A stretch of 63,062 bases of DNA, filler included, from Lenisia limosa (GCA_001655205.1; 14 parts of 14 records of this genome joined end to end with filler, not necessarily neighbours in it), one strand, 5' to 3'. Positions 1 through 12,443 are shown, counted from the first letter of the whole stretch. Numbers and translations: made by a program. Notes: generated by a model not told the origin, from the sequence alone.

Positions 1-945
1 AGTACCGACTCTGCTTTACCCTCGAGGTTGGCTGAATTCTGAAATTCGGTGTGGAGTTTTACTTCAGGTTCTGAATTTTTTAAAAATATTTTATTAGTGA
101 TATTTCCATGTCTTCTCGAAGGAGATTGACAATATTGGGGAGGCTGGGAAGGGATTTTAAGGATATTTTTATGTTTGTAGGTAGAGGGGGGGGGNNNNNN
201 NNNNNNNNNNNNNNNNNNNNNNNNNNNNNNNNNNNNNNNNNNNNNNNNNNNNNNNNNNNNNNNNNNNNNNNNNNNNNNNNNNNCTCTTTTCACAAAAGGA
301 GGCCCAAAACGAAGCCATTCGAATATTGCTGCAATCAGCCCAATCAGCAGAGGGGTGAGCTACGGATTGAGCCAAACTAAACATCCTAAAACTGACGGCT
401 TTGAATTGCTTGTCCGTTAGATATCAAGCTCCATATCTCTCTTTCAGTTAACATTATACCGGTAACACGACAACAACTCCACCCCCTTTTCATTATCATA
501 TTACTCACTTTCTTTCCCCAATTTAGCTACAATCGGTTTGCGGTCGGACAACAGCTGCTTGCCTCACCAGAAAGCGGAGTCTCTGCCTTTGAAGACCTTC
601 TGATAAATGCCAATGTAGGATTATCGATTACTGAAGCCTTTTAAGTAGCATATGGAAATTCTGATATCATATACTATACTGTTGGATTATCAAATTCAAG
701 AAGCTTCTTCTTATTGCAATTTCTCTTTTGTTCCCTTAAATTCACTAGTTTGTCTTACAGTTCAAATGTAATATTCCTTCTTACATGCCTTAATATGTCT
801 TGATTTGCCTTATTTTCCCCTAGTTTGCGATAATTTTGTCATTTGCCCATCATCTCCTTTTGCCTTCTATTACAAATCTCCTTGACCTTTTAGTTCAACA
901 TGTTGACCGAGGGTTCGCCCAAAATCGACGAAACTACCAACCTGT
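1..945 (+). CDS. Multi-exon hypothetical protein, partial
   Basis: Short open segments bounded by AG/GT: EAQNEAIRILLQSAQSAE (~299-355), DIKLHISLSVNIIP (~421-461), TIGLRSEQQLLASPESGVSAFEDLLINAN (~526-613), FNMLTEGSPKIDETTN (~895-944). No family recognised. Confidence 0.4.
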
Positions 946-1219
946 TGGGGGGGAGGGGGTGGTGACATGCTGAGGCTTTTGTAAATCTCTGATCTCAAAT
1001 TTGTGTTCTTACCTTAGCTTATGTATGAGTCATATTGTTCTAATCTTACCATTTTTTTAGTGTGGAGTGGCCGTTGCATTGGTCTCTTCTTTGGCACATT
1101 GCAGTGTATAATGTATGTGAGACGAGGGAGTTTCTATTCATGGCAGAGGGGCAGTGACCGGGGGATGGGGTGAAGTGTTAACAGGCGCATCATTGGTCTC
1201 TTCTTTGCAGTGTATAATG

Positions 1220-1319
1220 NNNNNNNNNNNNNNNNNNNNNNNNNNNNNNNNNNNNNNNNNNNNTTAATTAATTAANNNNNNNNNNNNNNNNNNNNNNNNN
1301 NNNNNNNNNNNNNNNNNNN
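1220..1319. other. Synthetic contig spacer (N44-TTAATTAATTAA-N44), first of 13
   Basis: Identical 12-mer (stops in all six frames) centred in N runs at 1264, 19984, 22431, 24350, 26900, 28588, 34796, 35924, 37378, 40382, 54782, 57124, 59285. Confidence 0.97.
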
Positions 1320-3580
1320 AAAGCGCCTTGTACACTGTTCACTGCTCGCTCCATGGCCTGAATAAACAGCTAGATAATGAGAATGGATCCCTTCTCCCAC
1401 CCTTCCAATCCCCCAGCTTACTTGGAGACTAGTGAACGCCTTGCGCGGACGCGACGACTCAAACATGGCGCCCATTGTAGTGATGTTGCACGCTACTGTC
1501 GACATTTCCACCACATCCGCCGGAATTGTGTCGCTGGTTCTGGGGGGGGGGGGAAGTAAAATTGGAAAATTGATGAAACAAAACAAAACAAAAAAAAATC
1601 AACTCTGTTGGCTGACAACACNNNNNNNNNNNNNNNNNNNNNNNNNNNNNNNNNNNNNNNNNNNNNNNNNNNNNNNNNNNNNNNNNNNNNNNNNNNNNNN
1701 NNNNNNNNNNNNNNNNNNNNNNNNNNNNNNNNNNNNNNNNNNNNNNNNNNNNNNNNNNNNNNNNNNNNNNNNNNNNNNNNNNNNNNNNNNNNNNNNNNNN
1801 NNNNNNNNNNNNNNNNNNNNNNNNNNNNNNNNNNNNNNNNNNNNNNNNNNNNNNNNNNNNNNNNNNNNNNNNNNNNAGTCATACAAATAAACCCGGCAAC
1901 CTGAGTGCATGGGCGAAGTTAGGAGGTATTACAGAGTTCAGCAATGTCTGCATGTCGGATTGTGCCGTCTGACGGGTCAAATCGAGGGAGAGAAGAGTCA
2001 TGATATCTGGCTGAACGCCCATATCAACAGAAAATAAAAAGAGAAAAATGTAGACAACATCATTACATCATGAAACAAGGTTGTATCTGGCAGAAGCCGT
2101 CCACACCATCACGCTGAAAAGAGATTGAATAGTACATCTGTGCACACGGCTTTCTTTTAATTGCAAGGTTGTGTTTCAGTATATGATATGTACACTCCTA
2201 GTTTTGAGGACCGAAAAGTATGAAATATGACGCTCAGGCCTACGAAAGCATTGAGGCCGTTAGACGTAGCCGCTGAAATGGCTTTAGCAGTGACGTAAGT
2301 GCCATGCGCGACGGTGACAATGCTGATTAGAACAGGCAGTAGAGCGGTCGGTGTATCTCTGAAAATATCAAAATAACAGAAAATCAAAACTCAACAATAA
2401 AGCTTGAAAAAGATTGGAAAATTCCCAATGAATATCGACATTTTACCTTTTTTTTTACCCCCCCCCCNNNNNNNNNNNNNNNNNNNNNNNNNNNNNNNNN
2501 NNNNNNNNNNNNNNNNNNNNNNNNNNNNNNNNNNNNNNNNNNNNNNNNNNNNNNNNNNNNNNGACAATGGCAGCGAATACCGGAGTCAATGTCACAATAC
2601 TGACACTCCAGACATCAAAAATGGGACACACCAGACTGAATGAAGCGAATACGGCAACCTAAGAAAATAACTGGTTGCCTCAACTATAGCATATGATATG
2701 TATAAAACTACAAAGATAAAATCAAGGAAAGCCCGTGTTATAAGAGTATCCTACCTCAGTAGCGCTGTAGTCCAATCCTTGTGGATCGGAAAACAACCAG
2801 ATTACGATAAGCATTGAGCTGGTGTGAAGCCCTAGAGGTTCATTAGTTTCACGATCACAAAACATTACACGCAACACAAAACCCATCATTTTAACACAAT
2901 TACCTACCCCAAGGGATTGCTGTGTAAAGTGGAGTTGTTGTAACAAGACGGGCTGAAGGGTCAGAAACGATCGAAAGTTTAAACGCCGCCCTGCCTCATA
3001 CCGGCCTGTTTGTAAAATAACAGCGTTGTGATGGAGACTACGCACCAGAACACTCGAACAACTATGGACACCATAGACGACTGAAGGCCGAATGTCACAT
3101 ATTCCGAAGCTGGACGAATGACAGCGGAGGGGGGGGGGGGNNNNNNNNNNNNNNNNNNNNNNNNNNNNNNNNNNNNNNNNNNNNNNNNNNNNNNNNNNNN
3201 NNNNNNNGAAGACAAGCATAATAAGACTTGTATGAAGCTAAAGTGTTAAGAAGGTACATGAGGCTCATTCAAATGTGACCCAATGAACACCTGCACATCA
3301 CTGAACAACCACTCACCACGCTTGAAGCATCCTTGAGGGTCTGGAAAGGTAAAAAGTCCAACGGATTGAAAAAAACGACATATTGGGTTATAAGAGTATT
3401 GCATACCACAACTTCAATCGTTGTCTTCTGTGTTGCAACAGTTTTCTCTAGACTGGATAAGCATATCATATATGAAATACAGTAAGCAGAGCGGAAACCA
3501 TAACAAACAAAGGACCAATATCTCATCATGAAGACCCAGGGTAGCAATTTTTGCAGGAAAGCTACCTGTTGACCAGGGGA
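1319..3580 (-). CDS. Multi-pass membrane protein with class III (adenylyl/guanylyl) cyclase homology domain, partial, multi-exon
   Basis: Phase-consistent exons give hydrophobic segments (SMVSIVVRVFWCVVSITTLLFY; SSMLIVIWLF; LLPVLISIVTVAHG). They are followed by DMQTLLNSVIPPNFAHALR|TSDTIPADVVEMSTVACNITTMGAMFESSRPRKAFTSLQ|LFIQAMERAVNSVQG, which matches the spacing of the cyclase N-terminal pattern LLxNILPxxIAxxLK...VTILFxDIVGFTxLS...P...LN..F..FD. Cut by the spacer at 1264. Confidence 0.6.
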
Positions 3581-5612
3581 CAGAAATTTCAACAGATAGG
3601 GCTTTCGTTCAAAAAAGAGAGGGAGAAGCCAAAAGACTTGGGCTCATACTTCTTTTATCATAGAATACATATTCTATTACATACCGGTGCTAGGGGCCCT
3701 GGTGTTACGCCTCTTTGAGGCAAGAGACATCGTACTCTTGTGAAGAATGTGTTGCTGGTGCATCTTCCACCTTCTTCAGCCGTAAATTACTACTTTATAT
3801 TCATTGGGGGATGGTATCACGAATTAGCAAAGAATTCAAAAGAACAGTAAGTGTTTCCTTTGAGTCAAGACCCAAAAGTGGTTAAATTCCAAGTCATCTC
3901 TTTTTTCAAGTATTTTATAAAAGATGAAAATGGCAATAAACTGAAAAAATCCAATGCTTCAAACCTTCAAACCCTAGGCTAAAAGGGCAAACTGAAGTTC
4001 CGAAAACAGGTTCCGATGGCAGCTCTATGAGTATATAGCCATTTTCTTCTTTCGGTTAATTTTTAACATATTTTAAGTGACTTAGTGACTTAAATCTCTT
4101 GGCGTTATAATTCTTCGGTTAAACCTGGAGTAACTATATTTCCCTTACGTGACAGGTACGAAACCCCCCGATATTTTGGCCTTATTTGGGCGATTCGACC
4201 TTTTGTTTTTAATAACTATTCCCCCGCCTTCAAAAAAAGTAAGTTATACATCTAGAAGTTTTTAAATAGTCAGAATCAGGATTTAATTCTTTTCGAAGTA
4301 TGAGATGTTGGCTGGCTAATGTGAGAAGTTGATGACACAGGGAACCTTCAGTGAGCATTCTTGTGGTGATTTTATTAATAATTACGTTAATGCATATTGT
4401 TTATAGCAGCTGCAACAGAGAAGGTAGCTTACACACTTGTCATCAAGCTGAAGAACCCGTAACCATCTCTAGATGTCGTCTGTTAAGACAATCTATCAAT
4501 TCTCTGTTACCATTACACACGAGGTTGTTTCTGGTAGGCGCTATAAATACTATATTTATTACTAATGCTTATCTACTCAGCCCCCTGTCGCTTCCCCTGT
4601 TAAGGCTGCCCCTTCTCCATTGAAATCTCCCAATCCCCCTTCTACGTAACACTTACCCCCCTCCCAACCTTCAAAGAGCGTATGGATGTTCTTAACTATT
4701 TAGAACCTTACATTCCCTATGTCCCCCACGGCCAACGCTCCCTAGTGAGTCCGCTTTCATCTCTTCAATACTTGATTTTTTTTTAAAAAAAAAACAGAAG
4801 GTCACCCCACTTTTTAACTACTTTCAGAAATGATCAAAAGGTCAGCTATGGTCAGGAGATGGCCACATAAGCCCCAAGGTTTGTGTTCTGTTTTTTCATT
4901 GAAGTTTGTTTTTAGTGAAGTTCACTTCCCCAAATACCCCCCCCCCCCCNNNNNNNNNNNNNNNNNNNNNNNNNNNNNNNNNNNNNNNNNNNNNNNNNNN
5001 NNNNNNNNNNNNNNNNNNNNNNNNNNNNNNNNNNNNNNNNNNNNNNNNNNNNNNTTTGGGAAGCAACGACATATCAGCTTCTGGATACCAACCCGGTTTG
5101 TGGTTATTATATTGATTGATATTGTACCAAGATATATTTCCCAATTCGAATTCTGTAGAAGAGTGCAAAGAAGTCGCAAGTGGTGTGTAATGTATGATAT
5201 GTGGATCTTACGAACCAATCATATGAAATAAAAAAAATCAATTTGGAAGGAATAGGAATTGAACCCATCATTTGACTTGTAAGAACCCCTACCCAGTAGG
5301 CCTCACCGACTGGTGTTTTTTTTTGAAATTATTTAGTTATTATTTTAATGAAAGCAATAACCACAGGTATATTTGACAGCCGCCTAGGTTAAACAAACCA
5401 CCATCAATACATTAACAGAAAATAGCAAGCACAAAAAAATGAGGGGGGGGGGGTGAAAATAACAAAAAAAAATATATAAAAAAAATAAACGAGCTCCAAA
5501 AACGAAATGTTAAATAAAAAAAAAAAATGGTTTTGAAAAAACCTACCCAATTGAACATGATAAAGTAGAAAATACCAAAATATATTTCATCTGAAGAGAC
5601 TCCTTTGGAAAC

Positions 5613-6251
5613 CTATTTCAACCGCGTACTGAGTTTGCCAACATTGGGGATGATGGCTTTTGGATACTTTTCTTTTGTTTTATGATGGGCTTCTTTGGTG
5701 CCTTTGTCGTACTGAAGAACCAATGGTGTTGCATCAAGGTCATCATGATTATATATGTTGGATGGCTGTATTACAAAATGAAACTTTTTATCGGGCAAAA
5801 CTTTTAAATAGAATGTTCTTAATATACTGGGAAGGTATTTTAAAAATTCTTGAAGAGTTGGTGTTCCAGCAATTGTTATTAGGTAGGAAAAGAACTTTTC
5901 AACAATAACTGTAGATTGAAACCTGGAATTACATGGAGAAGCCAAAGCGGCTGGATTATGATGATACCTTAAAGGTCCTATTGTTTCAAAACGAAATGTT
6001 GCAGCAAATTGGTCAAAGTAATAGTTTCTAACGCCTGGATTTGGATGATTTAGCCTTTGAAAAAACCATTTTCTGGCAGGTTTAACTCGATCTAACCGTT
6101 GTTTTTGAGAAAGTCCTCGCTGGTCTTGAGCGTCATAAATGTCCCTTGTATTTGTTACAAAAAGCACATTACAATCTTCCTTTGGGGGAAAATCAGTTTC
6201 GTCCAACCTTTTCCTATTGTCCCGAATAGCATCAACTAAAGACAGAGACAT
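5613..6251 (-). CDS. Uninterrupted 212-aa hypothetical ORF
   Basis: Gap-free, non-low-complexity ORF of 639 nt, far longer than typical exons here. The ATG is directly preceded by CAG, so it may be a terminal exon. No family recognised. Confidence 0.55.
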   Translation of the reverse strand: MSLSLVDAIRDNRKRLDETDFPPKEDCNVLFVTNTRDIYDAQDQRGLSQKQRLDRVKPARKWFFQRLNHPNPGVRNYYFDQFAATFRFETIGPLRYHHNPAALASPCNSRFQSTVIVEKFFSYLITIAGTPTLQEFLKYLPSILRTFYLKVLPDKKFHFVIQPSNIYNHDDLDATPLVLQYDKGTKEAHHKTKEKYPKAIIPNVGKLSTRLK

Positions 6252-6924
6252 CTGACTTCAGTAGACACCGAGATGTCGTCGTAGTAGATTGAAATAGAGA
6301 GCACAATGAACTACATGCGTCAGAGTCAGATATTGAAGGCTAGTATAAACACAAATACCATAACCTACTCACAGCATGATTGCAAACAAAGGAACTTTTA
6401 TCTATTGAGTAAAACTACAGAGAAAGTCGAAAGGAATGGTGATGATAGGTGACACAAAATGACAAAAGGGGGTATGGGGCAAGTGGGAGGGAGGATAAGT
6501 CTTGAATCAGAGCAAAAAATTCCTTTTTTCTGATGAGCTGCATTTTAAACAACCATAACAACAGTTAGAGGGCAAGAGGATTCGGAAAAAAAGGATTCGT
6601 TTAGGAAGAAATTATGAGTTATGCCCTAATCATCTTCTGGTCGAGGACTTCTCCACCACCTCTGAATTCATTGAAAAGCTCTATTCCACTAAAGGAGCAA
6701 CAATCAAAATGTCCACTTCTTATCATACCTCAATAAAAGGACTTGCGCTCGACTATACTTAATACAGTATTTAAAACATATCCATCCCGTTTTCGAACCG
6801 GCCCATTTTCAGGAATCCCCCAGGGGGGGGGGGGGGNNNNNNNNNNNNNNNNNNNNNNNNNNNNNNNNNNNNNNNNNNNNNNNNNNNNNNNTTGTTTCTT
6901 GTTTATTATTTGAAAGCTATAAAA

Positions 6925-7679
6925 ATGCCAGAGTTTAACACGCCTGATTTTGCTGTTCTTCACTTCCGCGGCTTGGAAAACCCGAATGAAATGACTGTTG
7001 CTCTCACAATGGCACTTGAAGCAACCAATCAAGGTCATACAGCTGCTATAGTTATGGTAAGCATTTTAATCTGGTAGCGGTACCATTATACGAGGTTTTT
7101 GTCTGAAAATGCGACCCTCCGAGACTACTTTTATCACCCTTGAGCCTTTCTCAGTTGTTCCTACATACGATTAGTTATATATCAAGGAGTGGAACAAAAT
7201 ATTGGTCACCTTTCCGGCTGAGTATCTTTACTCGCGGCGTTAGGCGCTTTCCTTTTTGGTGTAATATCTCAGATGGTTGATGGTGTTCACACAGCCCTTG
7301 AAAATGGACCCTTAGCGAAGCCTCTTTTTGACATTGGAGCCCCTTTTAAGCCATGCAAGGTGGGCTTTTTATTGGATTTCAGATAGTTTGCAATACTGAC
7401 AGTTTAGGAACTATATGATGCTTTTATCGGAGCAGGAGGCCGAATTCTTATCTGCAAGGCTTGCTTCATCCACAACCACCTTGACGAGAAAGACTTAATC
7501 CCGGGCTGCAGGTTGGATAATTACCGGGTACTTACCATATTACATGTCAATTGCCGACAGAAACTTTTTTTGTTAATCTTGATGAACTTGATGTTCTTGT
7601 TCTCATTTGTTTCAGCTTTATTGGCGCACCAGAGGTTGTCCGAATCACAATGGAGTCCAAGACCCTCCAACTCACCTAA
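6925..7679 (+). CDS. DsrE/DsrF-like (YchN-type) protein, complete, 4 exons, 128 aa
   Basis: Exons 6925-7056, 7273-7359, 7408-7511, 7616-7679 join with GT..AG in phase: MPEFNTPDFAVLHFRGLENPNEMTVALTMALEATNQGHTAAIVMMVDGVHTAL...ELYDAFIGAGGRILICKACF...DLIPGCSFIGAPEVV...LT*. It has the DGV motif, GG-x-I-x-x-CxxC and the DL..G...GA tail typical of DsrE-family proteins. Confidence 0.8.
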
Positions 7680-9141
7680 TATGTTTTCCTTTTATTTAAT
7701 GAATGTTTCATTTTTCACTTGTGGGGCAAAAACACATATATATATATATAATTATATAATTAACTACCTCTCTCTTCTGGGCAATAATAAGATTTCATCA
7801 CAAAGAAGATAAGACAGACAACACATGATACTATTCGATCAGTAGAGCAGAAGTTGTGATGACTGAGGTAAAAAGGAAACACTTTCACAGAAATTTTTAC
7901 TTTTCCTTTGTTTCTTGTGGAGACGATTCTGCTGGTAGGATTAGTGTGAATAAATTGCATAAATGAAGAGAATATGTGAATTAAAGGTCAGTTAGAGGTG
8001 ACGGAAATATTATTAAGATCACTGTAATTGTGTCACTTTCCTACTTTGAAAATTCTCTAAACCAATATTTGAATAATGAATATTAGATTCCAGATAGTAT
8101 TTCTAGCAATAACTCAGCAGTATTGAAATTTTGATGAGAGTTTCTGAAATCCATCCTTGGAGCAAATTGTTATTTTCTCAATGTGTAATTTCTCCTTAAA
8201 AAAAATGTCATGCTTTAACAAAAGCACATATTATATCAAATAGAATTATTTAAAAAATAAAACGTGAACTCCTTAATTATAAACTCTCAGGCTTCCCAAA
8301 GAGACCCAAGAAAAGTTTAAAGTTTTTCTATCAGAAAAATCCAAAATACTGTTACCCCAACACCCAGAAGCTGTCCCAGTCTTTTACATGCTGTAATTAT
8401 TGCTTATTTTGTTTTTACTGAAGACTGCATAACTTATAAAAAATGATTTTATGGATATTACATGTGATTCTCACTTAAAAAGGGGGTGATCTTAATGATC
8501 ACTCACTGAACTTGATGAGCACTTGTTGGATGGATATTGTTTGAAAGCGAGATGTGTATCAAACTTTTTGAGTTCGAGTCTTGTACAATTTTTTTTTTTT
8601 TTCAACAAAAAAGGAAAAAAAAACGTTCCAGGGATTATTAATATAAACAAGTTGGCAGTAATAAATGGTTACTAAACACGTCTGAGTCGAATTTTTATAA
8701 CAAAACTTCAGCTCGTGTGTACTTGTTTCTCTTTCTAATGATAACTTGATTTTTTCGTAAATAATCAGATCACCAAAAATATTCTTCGTCTTTTTCATTA
8801 GACTTATGAGCCTGTTAGTTTAACTAAATATAGTGCTGTTTTTCCTTCGGGCCACAGGTGTTTTCAATAGTAATATCACTCGATCACAACCGGTGGCCGT
8901 CTTCCTGCTTCGGTGAGTCGGCCATTTCTTCACCACTACACCGCGGGTGTTCCACTTTGTTCCGTCACAAAAGTCCTCTTCATTTCTGCAAAGAAAAACG
9001 CTGCTTTTTTCCGGCGGGTGCGAGGATTCAGTGTTTTCCAGTTGTTCTCCAATCATGTTTTCCCAAAAAAAAACACAAAAGGTTTTCCTTTTTGTTACCA
9101 TATACTATGTAGTAGTACATACATGTATACATGTAACCAAC

Positions 9142-11231
9142 CTGGGGGATCCAAAGTTAAAAGCGCAGAAGAAGCATGAAGTGTCTTCCCCGATCCAATG
9201 GAAACCACCAAGATCACATCATGTGGCGGTCTATGCACCTTGTGGGTAAGAAGGTGATTAAAATGATATATTTTGAACATCACTGAATTTTTTCTGGAAT
9301 TGAACAGAGGAATAATTTACAAAAGAACCACCCACAATCTCTTCCCAATCTTCATTATTTAAACATAAATGAAAACTCACCCCCCCCCCCCNNNNNNNNN
9401 NNNNNNNNNNNNNNNNNNNNNNNNNNNNNNNNNNNNNNNNNNNNNNNNNNNNNNNNNNNNNNNNNNNNNNNNNNNCTCCCATGACGAGTCGTCTTGGAGA
9501 TATCGAAGCTAAATCGTGACTCATGAAATGTAAAAATGAAAAGTGAAACAAGAACAAATAAAATAATTTACAACATTCCACTATTCCTTCTGTTTCAAAT
9601 AAAAAAAAAGTAACATTATGACAAAATGAGACAAGAAATGAGAATGTAATTGTGTAAGCACATATGATATGGTGTGAGAATACCCTCATGATTACTTAAG
9701 ATATGAGTTAAATACTGCCTACATCAAGCTTTCTGTCACCATGCGGGTTTGCATTATCATAAGCAATGGTAATGTCATCAAATTTGAGCCACCAGACCTA
9801 GAAAATCAAATATCTTATGATGTGAAATAACATGTTTTGATGCATAATTGATTCCATTTCGGAAGTTGTATCCAATTATATGTAGCTATATGATGCAAAG
9901 AGAGATAAAACTGCTATAAAGCAAACAGTGTGATATAGAACAATATAGCACACTGAGGGGGGGGGGGGGNNNNNNNNNNNNNNNNNNNNNNNNNNNNNNN
10001 NNNNNNNNNNNNNNNNNNNNNNNNNNNNNNNNNNNNNNNNNNNNNNNNNNNNNNNNNNNNNNNNNNNNNNNNNNNNNNNNNNNNNNNNNNNNNNNNNNNN
10101 NNNNNNNACGAAGGAAATTTCGATGAAGAATATTGCCGTAAAGGTACCAAATTGGGCCACACCAGACTGCAATAATATGGTGTCAAGCAAATTGTGCCTA
10201 TTCTAAACCATACTGATGCCGAGCAAAAAACTAGTAACGATCTCAACAAAAAGTGGCTGGGCAACACAATGTACAAAACATAACAAAACAAACACACAAA
10301 CAGCAAACATGGGTCACAGGTCACCCAAACAAACAAAAAACAAAAAAAAGCAATAACAAACACGAGCAACCAACACTAAAACTAGACAAAAACCAGATGA
10401 CGCGGGGGGGGGGGGGGGNNNNNNNNNNNNNNNNNNNNNNNNNNNNNNNNNNNNNNNNNNNNNNNNNNNNNNNNNNNNNNNNNNNNNNNNNNNNNNNNNN
10501 NNNNNNNNNNNNNNNNNNNNNNNNNNNNNNNNNNNNNNNNNNNNNNNNNNNNNNNNNNNNNNNNNNNNNNNNNNNNNNNNNNNNNNNNNNNNNNNNNNNN
10601 NNNNNNNNNNNNNNNNNNNNNNNNNNNNNNNNNNNNNNNNNNNNNNNNNNNNNNNNNNNNNNNNNNNNNNATATTTCGAATAAACACAAGATTGAAAGGG
10701 TTGCACATTCAGAAAAAGACAAAGAACCTAGAAACACTTGTTGACATTTCAATTATGGATTACCTCCTCCTCGTGACCATATTACACCATAGGTGCCTGT
10801 CATTATTTACATATTATCACACCAAAATATTATAAAGCAGAAATGCTGTCAAAGGAAGTGATTGTGTTACAGCACCCCCCCCCCCCTTNNNNNNNNNNNN
10901 NNNNNNNNNNNNNNNNNNNNNNNNNNNNNNNNNNNNNNNNNNNNNNNNNNNNNNNNNNNNNNNNNNNNNNNNNNNNNNNNNNNNNNNNNNNAAATTTTGC
11001 TGCTTCATCAATCAAATGCTGTTTGATCCTTGGTGCAGAAAAGGCATCAATGTAGAACTGCAAAAGGAATCTGGCAAATTAAAAGAGAGCAAATTATAGC
11101 ACAGTCTTTTGTAGAAAGTTTCATTTCAGAGCCTCATCTCACCTGTAATATGAACTGTCAATATCATTGTCAATGTTAATTGCTGGCGGTATTGCTTCCT
11201 TTTCAGCCAGCGACTGAGCCAGAAAGTTCAT
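9142..11231 (-). CDS. Multi-exon hypothetical protein (model incomplete, several gaps)
   Basis: AG/GT-bounded open segments: MNFLAQSLAEKEAIPP..., FYIDAFSAPRIKQHL, GTYGVIWSRGG, VWWLKFDDITIAYDNANPHGDRKLD, LRYLQDDSSWE, VHRPPHDVILVVSIGSGKT... The last weakly resembles the patatin-type VxSxGTG strand. Phases are not fully resolved. Confidence 0.35.
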
Positions 11232-11443
11232 TCCAAATGACGACAATATCGTGCAAGGGGCAAAATTTGATATTTGTTTAATTGTGTAAAAACTATGAGG
11301 AGATAACCCCCAAAAAAAGGAACACCACCACCAGGATGGGAAATAGAGATGGGAGGGAGGAGAAACAGCAGCAGCAAAAAGAAAAAAAAAGGAGCAAATT
11401 GGCAGCAAAGGAAAACAAAAAAATAATGCATAAAACGAAAAGC

Positions 11444-11450
11444 AAAAAAA
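11444..11450 (-). terminator. Pol III oligo-T terminator of tRNA-Lys
   Basis: T7 run on the minus strand, 3 nt after the tRNA 3' end. Confidence 0.75.
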
Positions 11451-11453
11451 CAT

Positions 11454-11526
11454 CGCCCGATGTGGGGCTCGAACCCACGACCGTAGGATTAAGAGTCCTA
11501 CGCTCTACCAACTGAGCTAACCGGGC
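11454..11526 (-). tRNA. tRNA-Lys-CTT: tRNA-Lys(CTT), intronless
   Basis: Reverse complement GCCCGGTTAGCTCAGTTGGTAGAGCGTAGGACTCTTAATCCTACGGTCGTGGGTTCGAGCCCCACATCGGGCG. 73 nt cloverleaf, anticodon arm TAGGA-CT-CTT-AA-TCCTA, canonical A and B boxes. Confidence 0.97.
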
Positions 11527-11871
11527 AGTTGATGTGTACATGAGTGTGCCGACAAAATATCTTTATCATACTAGTTTTTTCCATTTTGGTTGTTTGATAC
11601 CCGATGATTTTTTTATTTAATTTTGAAAATTGAATGAAGGAATGAAGACGTTTAGAGCTTCTCTGGTATGTCACACACAACGTGTCACAATCCTAGTTAT
11701 TAGATAGAGACCTAAACGTGATATGGACTATATGGGTTCACATTTTTTACGCTAGTCCTCGTTCATTCTTCTCTTCAGCATATCACACTTGTTATTCAGA
11801 TTTAGTTACTTTTAATAAACAGCTTTTTCTGATGTAAAAGCGACAGATGTAAAAATTCACTTGGCCCGCTC

Positions 11872-12100
11872 ACCAAATGCCAATCTTTTGTTTGGCCAAG
11901 AAAAATGTGAGGGGAAATAGTTCTCTTAAGTCCCTCTTCATGAAATGTGCCTTTAAGTTCCCTAACGATTTCAGGTAGTTTCACCCAGCGCGACAGTTGA
12001 AGCTGAAGAAGACCTGAACACAAGAAGAAATGCCGTTTTAACAGAATATGGTAAGAAATAGGGCAATGGTCCTCGATGTAGATGAAACTAATACACGTAG
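11872..12100 (-). CDS. Hypothetical exons
   Basis: cag|...LLQLQLSRWVKLPEIVRELKGTFHEEGLKRTISPHIFLGQTKDWHL|gtgag plus a probable upstream exon FIYIEDHCPISYHILL. No family recognised. Confidence 0.3.
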
Positions 12101-12443
12101 AAAACCCAACAGGGTGGTCCATTTACATCAATAAAGCGTATGCTATTGAGGTAAGCACGAAATATTTCACTATTGGCCAATTCTTTTTCACACTTTTATT
12201 CTGGACCTTGTATTTTTAGAGTTGTTTACCACCCCTTCCTTCCCCCCCCCTTTTTTTTTGCTTTAGAGGAAAACAGTTCACTCTAAAAAAAAGTCTTTAA
12301 TGTCATTGTTTTTTATATGGGGTTTAAACTTAAATTGTTACTTTTTAAGCTCATATTCATTATCAGNNNNNNNNNNNNNNNNNNNNNNNNNNNNNNNNNN
12401 NNNNNNNNNNNNNNNNNNNNNNNNNNNNNNNNNNNNNNNNNNN

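Noticed and set aside
1264-1275. TTAATTAATTAA as a conserved biological palindrome or array spacer
   Set aside because: Always centred in exactly 44+44 N; a synthetic six-frame-stop linker.
9168-9246. Plus-strand HHVAVYAPCG, resembling a SETDB1 MBD segment
   Set aside because: No supporting plus-strand exons. The same bases form a better AG/GT-bounded exon on the minus strand, consistent with neighbouring minus exons.
11282-11680. ORFs overlapping the tRNA
   Set aside because: Shadow translations of tRNA-Lys and A-rich flanks.
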